A stretch of 46,988 bases of DNA from Bryobacteraceae bacterium (GTDB lineage Bacteria > Acidobacteriota > Terriglobia > Bryobacterales > Bryobacteraceae), in NCBI GenBank assembly GCA_036557125.1, contig DATBID010000324.1:1-46988 (forward strand), written 5' to 3'. The stretch's first letter is position 1; each line of letters begins with the position of its first letter. Positions 27,190 through 36,052 of the stretch are shown here, in pieces. Under the pieces are notes generated by a model. That model saw nothing but the letters and a program-made list of their open reading frames with translations, was not told the origin of the DNA and did no database searches. Both the position numbers and the translations under genes were made by a program.

Positions 27190-28107
27190 TTAATCCGCTA
27201 CGGCATCCAGGAAGCTCTGTGCGTCCGACTCGCTGATTTCTGGCAATCCCGGGGCTACGTTGTTCAGTTTGCCTTCACGCATCCATTGCTCCAGGCGGGC
27301 GACTTCGCCGAAAAGATGGTCGAAGGAGTCGACGATAAACAGCAGTGGCTGGTAGTGATCGATCTCGGCCCCCTGGTTGATTACCCATTCGAGTTGCAGT
27401 GGATAACGCTGCACTTGCGGAGATTCGATGGCGTACTGCAATTCGCCGTATGAGCTGAGCAGGCCGCTGCCGTAGGCGCAGATGCCGCCTCGGCCGCGCA
27501 TCAGGCCGAATTCCACGGTGAACCAGAAGAAGCGCGACATCGCCTTGATAACGCTGACCAGGCGCCGGTCGCGCTCGTGGGGATCTGACGCTTCGCGAGT
27601 GAGTTCGGCAGCAGTGTGAGCGCAATCGCCAAAACGCACTAGAATATCGGCGAAGGCGCGCTCGGTATGCATAGGGACATGGCCGGCGACGTCGTGGAAG
27701 ATATCGGGTTCCGGTAGATAGTCCATGCGGTCGGGAGGGCGAATCGTGACGGTGGTAGGAAACTCCCGGCGGCGGAGGCAATCGAAGAACAGAAACGCCG
27801 GGACGTAGCCGCTTACGGGTTTGGTTTGGAAACCGGTGAGCGGCTGCAGGCGGCGATTGATATCACTTAGACGGGGCACTCGACCGGTGGGAAGCTGCAA
27901 GGCCTCGATCCCTTTCAAAAAGTGATCGTTAGCATAGCGTTCCCACCTCGGCTGCATACGCGCGTAGAGTCGCCGCCAGGCTTCGTGGTTATCTTCCGAA
28001 TACAGTTCGTATGGCTGCGTGATGTACAGCTCGCCGCGATGACGCGCTTCCTCAACGAAAGGGGCATGGCCGGTGGTTAGACTCGCCTCGATAACGGTTT
28101 GCGGCAT
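27190..28107 (-). CDS. phhA: Phenylalanine 4-hydroxylase (biopterin-dependent aromatic amino acid hydroxylase)
   Basis: Iron-binding motif PEPDIFHDVAGHVPMH, then FFWFTVEFGL and YGSGLLSSYGE. About 300 aa, the bacterial size. Confidence 0.9.
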   Translation of the reverse strand: MPQTVIEASLTTGHAPFVEEARHRGELYITQPYELYSEDNHEAWRRLYARMQPRWERYANDHFLKGIEALQLPTGRVPRLSDINRRLQPLTGFQTKPVSGYVPAFLFFDCLRRREFPTTVTIRPPDRMDYLPEPDIFHDVAGHVPMHTERAFADILVRFGDCAHTAAELTREASDPHERDRRLVSVIKAMSRFFWFTVEFGLMRGRGGICAYGSGLLSSYGELQYAIESPQVQRYPLQLEWVINQGAEIDHYQPLLFIVDSFDHLFGEVARLEQWMREGKLNNVAPGLPEISESDAQSFLDAVAD

Positions 28108-28222
28108 AGCAGTTCCTTATCCCTGCCTTCAAACTACACCCTTTTCTTGAAAATGACAACAACCGTTAGGTGGTGCTTAATCCACAGTAGCCGAATCAGC
28201 AGGCGACGTATAAAATAACCCC

Positions 28223-30076
28223 ATGTCGAAGTTCGCTAGGATCGTCACGCTCGCCGCCGCCGCGAACGTTTTAGGGGCTCAGCCGCTACGGGTGGATGAC
28301 GAGGTTTTGAAGAAGGCGGGAACGCCCACCGATCCCCTTCCCGGAGCATGGCTCAGCTACGGGCGCTCCGAGAGCGAGATGCGCTACAGTCCGTTGAAGC
28401 AGATCGACCCATCAAACGTCGGCCGGCTGGGCTTGGCATGGACATATACGGTGGGCGCAGGCGGGGGGAATCAGGAAGGCACGCCGCTGGTTTGGAACAA
28501 CACCTTGTATGGCATCACAAGCTGGAGCGTGGTGTTCGCGGTGGATGCGCGCACGGGAAAAGAAATTTGGCGCTGGGATCCGGAGATCAACCAGCAGGCA
28601 GTGCGGCCGAAGCTGTGTTGCGGGATTGTCAATCGCGGGATCGCGCTGTACCGGGGAATGATCATCGCGCCGGCGAACGATGGACGGCTGTTCGCGCTTG
28701 ATGCGCTGACCGGCAAGCCGGTTTGGGAAACCCGCGTGGCTTACCCCCAAGACTTGTATACGATCACCATGGCCCCACGGATTGCGAATGGGAAGGTGAT
28801 CGTCGGGATTTCCGGCGGCGACAAACCGACGCGCGGGTTCTTCGATGCATACGATGCCATGACAGGGCGACGCGAGTGGCGGTTCTACACGGTTCCGGGA
28901 GACCCCACGAAGCCGTACGAGAACGACGCCATGCGCGCGGCGGCGAAGACCTGGGGCGGCGATTTCTATAGGAGGGGTGGCGGCGGCGCAGTGTGGGATG
29001 GTGTGGCTTACGACCCCGAAACCAACCTGGTTTACGTGGGCACCGGCAACGCCGAACCGTGGGTGCAGAAGTTTCGTGGCGCGCAGCACGTGGACAATCT
29101 GTACACCTGCTCGATTCTCGCGGTGGATCTGGCGACCGGCCAGCTCAAGTGGCACTACCAGACTGTGCCAAACGACAACTGGGATTTCGATAGCGTGCAG
29201 CAGCTAATGCTGCTGACCCTGAACATCAACGGGCGCGAGCGCAAGGTGATCGTGCAGGCGGCAAAGGACGGTTTTTTCTACGTATTGGACCGGAAGACCG
29301 GCGAGTTTCTTTCCGCCTCTCCGTTCGTGAAAGTGACGTGGGCGACGGGGTTCGACGAGATAGGCCGGCCGATTGTGAACCCGGAGGCTTATTACGATAA
29401 CGACGAAGTAGGCGTGTCGATTTATCCGACTGGCGGCGGTGCGCACAATTGGTCGCCGATGTCTTATAACCCGAACACGGGGCTGGTTTACATTCCAGCG
29501 TTCTATATGCCATTCCCGTACAAGGCGATGGACGAGCTGAAACCCGGATCGACGGGGTATTTGCGGCCGTCGGGGAAGCTGCGGGAATTATCGCCTTCGA
29601 TGGGGCCTGAGACGCCGCAAGGAGTGCGCGGGGGCTTGCAAGCCTGGGATCCCGTGAACCGGAAGCTGGCGTGGCGCGCGGATGGCGGGGGCGGTATTGG
29701 TGGCGGAACGGTCACCACGGCGGGGAATCTGGTGTTTCATGTGGCCAACGACGGCTACTTCCGAGCCTATAGCGCGGACAAAGGAGAGAAGCTGTTTGAG
29801 CTGCAAATGGGGCGGACGGGCATGGGACCGCCGATCACCTACGAGGCGGATGGCAAGCAGTACGTGGCGTTTGTGGGCGGGTTGGGGCGCACGGCGAACA
29901 CGTTTGGGCCGAATAATGCGCCAGTAGAGCATCCGCCGCTGCTCTTTGTGTTCGAATTGGATGGAAAAGCGGAGTTGCCGCAGGCAGCACCGGTTCCGCC
30001 ACCGAACCGGCCGCCCGCGGAAGAGGCGCCGGAGCAGGTGACGGGGCCAGGGGCCCGTAAGGAAAATCCAAAGTAG
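28223..30076 (+). CDS. PQQ-dependent dehydrogenase, methanol/ethanol (quinoprotein ADH) family, secreted
   Basis: Signal peptide. Repeated W-propeller motifs. Vicinal Cys-Cys (LCCGIVNRG, codons 28616-28621). Active-site block PNDNWDFDS (WDFD at 29180-29191). Confidence 0.85.
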   Translation: MSKFARIVTLAAAANVLGAQPLRVDDEVLKKAGTPTDPLPGAWLSYGRSESEMRYSPLKQIDPSNVGRLGLAWTYTVGAGGGNQEGTPLVWNNTLYGITSWSVVFAVDARTGKEIWRWDPEINQQAVRPKLCCGIVNRGIALYRGMIIAPANDGRLFALDALTGKPVWETRVAYPQDLYTITMAPRIANGKVIVGISGGDKPTRGFFDAYDAMTGRREWRFYTVPGDPTKPYENDAMRAAAKTWGGDFYRRGGGGAVWDGVAYDPETNLVYVGTGNAEPWVQKFRGAQHVDNLYTCSILAVDLATGQLKWHYQTVPNDNWDFDSVQQLMLLTLNINGRERKVIVQAAKDGFFYVLDRKTGEFLSASPFVKVTWATGFDEIGRPIVNPEAYYDNDEVGVSIYPTGGGAHNWSPMSYNPNTGLVYIPAFYMPFPYKAMDELKPGSTGYLRPSGKLRELSPSMGPETPQGVRGGLQAWDPVNRKLAWRADGGGGIGGGTVTTAGNLVFHVANDGYFRAYSADKGEKLFELQMGRTGMGPPITYEADGKQYVAFVGGLGRTANTFGPNNAPVEHPPLLFVFELDGKAELPQAAPVPPPNRPPAEEAPEQVTGPGARKENPK

Positions 30077-30080
30077 TTCC

Positions 30081-30665
30081 ATGATAACGGCTACCAAAAG
30101 CCGCAAAAAAGAGTTGTCGCCAAAACAACGGGAAGAACTACTCAGAACACTAAGAGTTCGTTTTGAAAAAAACGTAAACCGACATAAGGGTCTTGCCTGG
30201 GCTAAAGTACAAGCGAAGCTCGAAGCTAATGCCGCAAGACTGTGGTCACTCCATGAAATGGAGAGGACCGGCGGTGAGCCAGATGTGGTCGGTCACGATG
30301 AAAAGACCGACGAGTACATTTTTTGCGACTGTTCGCCGGAAACTCCGAAAGCCCGCAGAAATGTTTGCTACGACCACGAAGGGCAGAAAGCAAGGGAAAA
30401 GCAAGGGTTGCACCCGAACGGCAATGTTATTGATATGGCGGCTGCCATTGGCATTGAGCCTTTAACGGAAGAACAATATCGAGAGTTGCAAGAACTCGGA
30501 GAGTTCGACACGAAAACACAGAGTTGGTTGAAAACACCTTCCGATATTAGAAAACTCGGTGGCGCCATCTTTGCCGATCGCCGTTTCGGCCATGTATTTG
30601 TGTATCACAACACCGCGCCCTGTTTTTACAGCGGTAGGGCGTTCCGCGGCTCGCTAAGAGTCTAA
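30081..30665 (+). CDS. DUF4256 domain protein
   Basis: From memory, matches the DUF4256 family along its length (LWSLHEMERTGGEPDVVG...KTPSDIRKLGGAIF...FRGSLRV). Starts 4 nt after the PQQ dehydrogenase stop. Visibly AT-richer than its neighbours. Confidence 0.8.
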   Translation: MITATKSRKKELSPKQREELLRTLRVRFEKNVNRHKGLAWAKVQAKLEANAARLWSLHEMERTGGEPDVVGHDEKTDEYIFCDCSPETPKARRNVCYDHEGQKAREKQGLHPNGNVIDMAAAIGIEPLTEEQYRELQELGEFDTKTQSWLKTPSDIRKLGGAIFADRRFGHVFVYHNTAPCFYSGRAFRGSLRV

Positions 30666-30681
30666 ATTTAGCGCAGAGGGT

Positions 30682-31794
30682 TTAGATGGGCATTTTGCGT
30701 TTCGTGAATTCGCGCCCGACGATGGCGGCGGACTCCGGCGCTTCCAGCACCATCGCACCCTGCCGGATCATGGCGGTGACGTTGGTTGCGTTTGAGCCCT
30801 GCAGGAATTTGACGTTATGTTTCTTGCACGAGTCGAGTACTGCCTGGCGCACCTTCGCCATTTCCGGGCGGGCTTCCGCAACCTCGGGGGAAGGCGGCGC
30901 TGGACGCGCCCCAGGCTGCATGCCCGCCAAGCCATAAAGCCAGTACGAGTGATCGCCCGGGCCGTATTCGGCGAAGGTCACGCCCTGCACACCGATCGTG
31001 GCGTCACAGTTGGGATCGGCGAAAGTGTCCTCTATCTTGACGCCAAAGATTAGCTCGCCGTTCGGATTCAGCGGCCAGAGATCAGCCTTGGCGCAGTATT
31101 CGGCCCCGCCCAGCCCCCAGATCTGGGCCGCGAACCCGGCGCTTGAGCCTCGCAGACCGCGCCGCGCTACTTTCGGCGTGGCATAGTCGAGAAACGGATA
31201 GCGGCAGCCTTCCTGAGCCAGCACCTCGATCGCCTTAGGATCGCGGGCATGGCAGATATGGACACCGTGGACGCCGGCATCGAGAAACTGAGTCATGATC
31301 CAGGTATTGGCGCGAGCGTAGCCCTCGTCCAGGCCAATAATTCCCGAGGTGACAAAGACGCACGGTGTGGCATGACCGCTGCGTGTAGGCCCGCCATCCC
31401 TGATGCCGCGCATGAATTCACGCAGTTGCGTGAAATCCATGGCTCCATGCTCGAAATCCACCGTGACGGCATCGGCGTAGGTGCGAGCCATTCTTATGCC
31501 CTGCGCATAGGGATCGACTCCAGGGCCAAGCCCCGCGCCGGTATAGTAAATCGGCTGATCATCTTCCCACAACTCGATCACTTTGTTGAGCCGGCGCGGC
31601 TTGTAATTATAGTCAACGCTGGATGGTTGCACACCGCTGGAAACAGGGGCAGGACCGCCGCGTCCGGCCGCCGGACCGCGACCCGCCGTGGCTGGTTGGG
31701 TCGCGCCATTTCGTGCTCGTTCCTGCCCCAACATTGTTCCGGCCGTCGCAAGACCGCCGACTGCTTTCAGAAAATTGCGTTTCTTGATGTCCAT
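30682..31794 (-). CDS. HpcH/HpaI aldolase-like protein with an N-terminal Tat-type signal
   Basis: N-terminus MDIKKRNFLKAVGGLATAGTMLG plus a Gly/Pro/Ala linker. Core blocks DAVTVDFEHGAMDF, LDAGVHGVHICHARD and CRYPF...RRGLRG resemble the HpcH/HpaI TIM-barrel aldolase family. Confidence 0.55.
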   Translation of the reverse strand: MDIKKRNFLKAVGGLATAGTMLGQERARNGATQPATAGRGPAAGRGGPAPVSSGVQPSSVDYNYKPRRLNKVIELWEDDQPIYYTGAGLGPGVDPYAQGIRMARTYADAVTVDFEHGAMDFTQLREFMRGIRDGGPTRSGHATPCVFVTSGIIGLDEGYARANTWIMTQFLDAGVHGVHICHARDPKAIEVLAQEGCRYPFLDYATPKVARRGLRGSSAGFAAQIWGLGGAEYCAKADLWPLNPNGELIFGVKIEDTFADPNCDATIGVQGVTFAEYGPGDHSYWLYGLAGMQPGARPAPPSPEVAEARPEMAKVRQAVLDSCKKHNVKFLQGSNATNVTAMIRQGAMVLEAPESAAIVGREFTKRKMPI

Positions 31795-31916
31795 ATGTAG
31801 TCCTCCTCTCCTCTCGTTTTGGTCCCGAGGTGCAATGGCGTTAGACCCCGAGATAAGTTATCACTTTTGGGAAATGTCGCAAATGCTAGGTGAGGGGGAT
31901 CTCTACCACCGGCGCC

Positions 31917-34487
31917 TCACTCCGACCTCAGCGCCTGCACCGGATCCACACTGACGGCACGGCGCGCGGGAATCACTGCAGCGATCAGCGTAGCCAGCCC
32001 AAGAAGCAGTGTAGCCCCTGACAGCAGCAGCGGATCCCACGGCTTTACACCGAAAAGGCGGCTGGCGATCACGTGCCCTGCGCCTATCGCCGCTGGAACT
32101 CCCAGCGCCAGCCCGATGCCCACCTCCCAGAAGGCTCCGCGCAGCACCATGAGCAACACGGAGCCGCGGCCCGCGCCTAGCGCCATTCGCACGCCGATCT
32201 CGCCGGTACGCTGCTCCACACCATACGCGGTGATGCCGTAGAGGCCCACGGCGGCCAGGATAAGGGCGAGGGCAGCGAAAAGCCAACTCAGGCTGGCGAT
32301 CATGTTCTCATGGGCGAAAGCGCCTTGAATCGCTTCGGAGTAGGTCTGGACATCATTCACTACGAGGTTGGGATCGACATCCGCCAGCGTATGGCGCACC
32401 ACTGCCCCGAGCCCAGCCGGCTTGCCCGGCGCCCACACCACGACGGCGTATAGGTAATGCGACCACACTTCGCGCTCTTCCGTTTCGGGGTCCGCAAATT
32501 CCGTGCCCTGCGCCTCCGGAAGGAAATACATGGGCACGGGTCCACCCCCGGAATCGGCGTCGTGAGCCCCGAAATCCACGTTACGGGCGACCCCCACGAT
32601 CTCGTACATTCCTTCGTTGTTCCCTGGAGTAGGACCGAAGTGCCGCCCGATCGGATTCTCCCTGCCGAAGAACCTTTTGGCAAAGGCCTCGTTGATCACG
32701 GCTACTGGGCGCCTACCCGCGTTGTCCTCGTCGATGATGGACCGTCCCAGTTCGATCCTGTCTCCGAGAATCTCGAAAAATCCCGGTGTGACACGGGTCC
32801 AGCCGCTTGTCCCACTATCCTCGGCTTTTCCCTCAATCCGGATATCATGAGGCCAAACCCACCCAGCTAACGGCCCCTCAAGCACGGCGCTGACCATCCG
32901 CACGCCGGGGATGGCGCGTAGACGATCTTCGATTTCGTGAAATAGAGGTACCAGTTGCTCTTGTTTAAAGTTGGAAATCTTCGGATCAATAGAGACCAGA
33001 TACCGGCCGCTCGTCTCGAATCCGAAGTTCTGGTGCTCCAGATTGTGCAGACTCTGGCCGAGCATTGCCGCCGCACTTAGCAGTACGACCGATACAGCTG
33101 CCTGCACCGTCACCAGCATCTTCAGCGGCCAGCGGCGATTCCCTCCCGTAGAGCGACTCACTCCGCGTAGCGCTTCAATCGGATCAGCGCGCGACGTCCT
33201 CCATGCGGGTGCAATACCAAAGGCTACTCCGGTGATCAGCGCAACTCCCAACGCGAAGAGCAGCACTGGAATGGACGGCGCAGCATCCACGGGAACCCAA
33301 TTGCCGGATGTCAGGAACGCAAGATGGAGCATGAGCCTGGCGCCCGCATACGCGACCGCGATGCCTGCGAACGCGCCGAATACGGCCAGGGCGAGGCTCT
33401 CGGCCAGCGCCTTCGATATGAGCCGAGCGCGCGAAGCGCCCAGAGCCGCGCGGAGCGCCGTCTGCGGCCGGTCCTTCAGCCCACGCGCCAGTAGCAAATT
33501 GGAGATGTTGGCGCAGGCCACCAGCAGGACACAGAAAGCGGCAAGCATCAGCAGCAGCAGATCGTTCTGGTATGTTTCCCGTATCATGGAAACACCCGCG
33601 CCGCCCGGTGTCAGATGCAGGGTCTGCCTCTGCCAGAGCGCCGTTTCCTCTGGTGTCATATCCGCCACATGGCTCGCCAACCACTGGCGCAACTCCACCT
33701 GGAGTTGCGCTTCAACGCTCTTCGGGTTCGTGCCCGCACGAATCCGTCCGATCACATCGAGCCACGCAAGCCGAGGATTCCTGAGGCGCGAAGTTCCGCC
33801 CGCGATCAGTGGTTCCGTCGCCAGCGGCAGCCAGAAATCGGGCATATCGGAGCCGGAGATCTTCGCGCCGAAGAAGCCGGGCGGTGTGACGCCCACTACT
33901 GTGAAGGAGTGGCCGTTGAGCTGGTAGCTCGCTCCAATCATCGACGGATCCGATCCGTACTTCTCCCGCCAAATGTGGAAACTTATCACTGCGACCGGAG
34001 GCGCACCTTCGTGGTCGTCGGCATCGGTAAGCGGCCGGCCCCTCCAGGCCGAAATGCCGAGCACAGTGAAGAAATTGCCGGAGACGTACTCGCCGGTGCG
34101 CGTCGCGGCTGGCTCCGGCGAACCGGCGCGCCGCACAGCCAATTCGGCGTTGCCGGTGCCGATCTGGAACGCCGCCAGCTCTTCGAATCCCGGAGTATCG
34201 GCGCGAAAAAGCCGATACGCTTCCGATGAGAAGAGGTTCCAGTCGTTCTGGCTGTATCGGGCTGTATAGCAGCAGCGGACCCCGCGGCCCACGCGCCAAA
34301 GCTGGCCGGGCCGCGCGACCGGCAGCGATCGCAGCATGATCTGCTGTAATAGGGTGAAGATCGCAGTGGTCGCGCCAATGCCCAGCGCAAGCGTTACGAC
34401 TGCCGTCGCGGTGAATCCCCGCGATCGTCTCAGTTGCCGAACCGCGCGACGCAGATCCCGCAAGATCTCGTCAAGGGCCGGCGACAT
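31917..34487 (-). CDS. ADOP-type duplicated MacB/FtsX-like ABC transporter permease (no ATPase gene nearby)
   Basis: 856 aa. N-terminus LRDLRRAVRQLRRSRGFTATAVVTLALGIGATTAIF. Two FtsX-type 4-TM modules, each preceded by a large periplasmic domain. C-terminus ARRAVSVDPVQALRSE. Confidence 0.85.
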   Translation of the reverse strand: MSPALDEILRDLRRAVRQLRRSRGFTATAVVTLALGIGATTAIFTLLQQIMLRSLPVARPGQLWRVGRGVRCCYTARYSQNDWNLFSSEAYRLFRADTPGFEELAAFQIGTGNAELAVRRAGSPEPAATRTGEYVSGNFFTVLGISAWRGRPLTDADDHEGAPPVAVISFHIWREKYGSDPSMIGASYQLNGHSFTVVGVTPPGFFGAKISGSDMPDFWLPLATEPLIAGGTSRLRNPRLAWLDVIGRIRAGTNPKSVEAQLQVELRQWLASHVADMTPEETALWQRQTLHLTPGGAGVSMIRETYQNDLLLLMLAAFCVLLVACANISNLLLARGLKDRPQTALRAALGASRARLISKALAESLALAVFGAFAGIAVAYAGARLMLHLAFLTSGNWVPVDAAPSIPVLLFALGVALITGVAFGIAPAWRTSRADPIEALRGVSRSTGGNRRWPLKMLVTVQAAVSVVLLSAAAMLGQSLHNLEHQNFGFETSGRYLVSIDPKISNFKQEQLVPLFHEIEDRLRAIPGVRMVSAVLEGPLAGWVWPHDIRIEGKAEDSGTSGWTRVTPGFFEILGDRIELGRSIIDEDNAGRRPVAVINEAFAKRFFGRENPIGRHFGPTPGNNEGMYEIVGVARNVDFGAHDADSGGGPVPMYFLPEAQGTEFADPETEEREVWSHYLYAVVVWAPGKPAGLGAVVRHTLADVDPNLVVNDVQTYSEAIQGAFAHENMIASLSWLFAALALILAAVGLYGITAYGVEQRTGEIGVRMALGAGRGSVLLMVLRGAFWEVGIGLALGVPAAIGAGHVIASRLFGVKPWDPLLLSGATLLLGLATLIAAVIPARRAVSVDPVQALRSE

Positions 34488-36047
34488 TTACTGGCCTGCC
34501 GGTCTGCCTCCCGGTCGTCCGCCGCGTCCGGCTGGTCCGCTCTGCGGTTTCGGCGTTCCGGCTTTTCCGCCTTTCGAGATGAGTAGGTCAGCGGTGTCTT
34601 TGTGGACGTCTCTGCGCTGGCCGCCGCGGCTGTTACCTTGGGCGACGCCCATGGCGTAATCGACGGCGGTGTAGCCGCGGCCGTCAGGTAGGTTGATGTC
34701 CGCGCCTTTACTCAACAGGTACTCGACGACTTTATTCCAGCCCCAGAAGGCAGCGCCTTGGAGCGCCGTTTGCTGCAAGCGGCCAACGCGGCCGTTGATG
34801 GCGCCGCCGTGGGAGAGCAGCAGGTCGAGGGAGGCGATGGAGCGCTCCTGAATGTCGGGCACGTAGTAATTCCCCCGCGTATCGGCATCGACCGAACCCA
34901 TGCCGGAGGCGGCGACGGTGGGGGTCATACCGTCGTTATTGGGCAGATCGACCACAGCGCCATGATCGAGGAGCAGCTTGATGGTATCCACGTCCATCGC
35001 TTTAGCCGCGCGCAACAGCGGAGTGACTCCGATCTGCATGAGCATGCGATCCACGCCACGATCGGCGCCAGTGGAGCGGTAGGGTTGGAGGAGCTTCAAT
35101 TGCAGGTTGGGGTTCGCACCTTTATCGAGCAGGAGGCGGACGAGATCGATGGGCTGGGTTTGATCGAGCGAAGGCTGGTCCGGCCGGCCGCCGTGAGGCA
35201 GGGTGTTGTAGTCGACGGCGAGATAAAGCGGGGTGCGCCCCCACCAATCCCAGCGATTGATGTTAGCTCCCTGATCGACCAGGTACTTTGCCACGTCGAA
35301 ATGGGTATTGAAGACGGCCGATATCAGGGGTGTGACACCTTCGGGATCGGGCAAATCGAGCTTGGCGCCGTGCTCGACCAGGGCCTTCACACACTCCATG
35401 CAGCCTTCGCGCGCGGAAAAGAGCATGGCGGTCATCCCGCCTGGAGGACGCGGCTGGGCGCGCGGTTCGGAGCTGACGAGCGGAGTCATCAGATCGGTGT
35501 CGGATTTGGCATCTGGCTGCGCGCCGTGATCGAGCAGCAGACGCACCATAGCGCCCTGGCTGTTGGCCGCGGCCCACATGAGCGCGGTCTGGCCGCGCTG
35601 GGTTTCCTTGGTATTGGGATTGGCGCCCTTATCGAGGAGCAGCTTGGCAGCGGCGACATCGGCGGTGCGGGACACGATCATCAACGCAGTCTCGCCGTCC
35701 GCACCTGAGGCATTGGGATCGGCGCCTGCCCCCAGCAGCGCCCGAATCATTTCGGCATTCGCGTTTACGGCGGCTTCGGCCAAGGGCGTGGCGCCAAGCT
35801 GATTGCGTACGTTGGGATTTGCGCCGGCTTTCAACAAGCGCCCGACCAGATCGGCGTCGTTACCCTGGGCGGCCCAGAGCAGAGGCGTCGAGCCATCGGC
35901 TTCGGCCGCGTTCACATCGGCTTTCTTCGCGATCAAGTTGATGGCGGTGTCCCGCTGGCCGGCCTTGATGGCGCTGACAAGCGTCTCTCCGGCAAATACA
36001 GGCGCCGCGGCAACCGCGGCTAGCGCGGCGAAGTATACAGCTTTCAT
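34488..36047 (-). CDS. Secreted ankyrin-repeat protein (about 12 repeats) with a Gly/Arg/Pro-rich C-terminal tail
   Basis: Signal peptide MKAVYFAALAAVAAAPVFAGE. Many G.TPL..AA..G....V..LL..GA..N repeats. The TAA stop (34488-34490) directly abuts the permease ATG (34487-34485). Confidence 0.85.
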   Translation of the reverse strand: MKAVYFAALAAVAAAPVFAGETLVSAIKAGQRDTAINLIAKKADVNAAEADGSTPLLWAAQGNDADLVGRLLKAGANPNVRNQLGATPLAEAAVNANAEMIRALLGAGADPNASGADGETALMIVSRTADVAAAKLLLDKGANPNTKETQRGQTALMWAAANSQGAMVRLLLDHGAQPDAKSDTDLMTPLVSSEPRAQPRPPGGMTAMLFSAREGCMECVKALVEHGAKLDLPDPEGVTPLISAVFNTHFDVAKYLVDQGANINRWDWWGRTPLYLAVDYNTLPHGGRPDQPSLDQTQPIDLVRLLLDKGANPNLQLKLLQPYRSTGADRGVDRMLMQIGVTPLLRAAKAMDVDTIKLLLDHGAVVDLPNNDGMTPTVAASGMGSVDADTRGNYYVPDIQERSIASLDLLLSHGGAINGRVGRLQQTALQGAAFWGWNKVVEYLLSKGADINLPDGRGYTAVDYAMGVAQGNSRGGQRRDVHKDTADLLISKGGKAGTPKPQSGPAGRGGRPGGRPAGQ

Positions 36048-36052
36048 GGCGC

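Noticed and set aside
32971-35708. Plus-strand ORFs 32971-33927, 33615-34229 and 34758-35708
   Set aside because: They are antisense to the ADOP permease and ankyrin genes, which have clear repeat and domain signatures.
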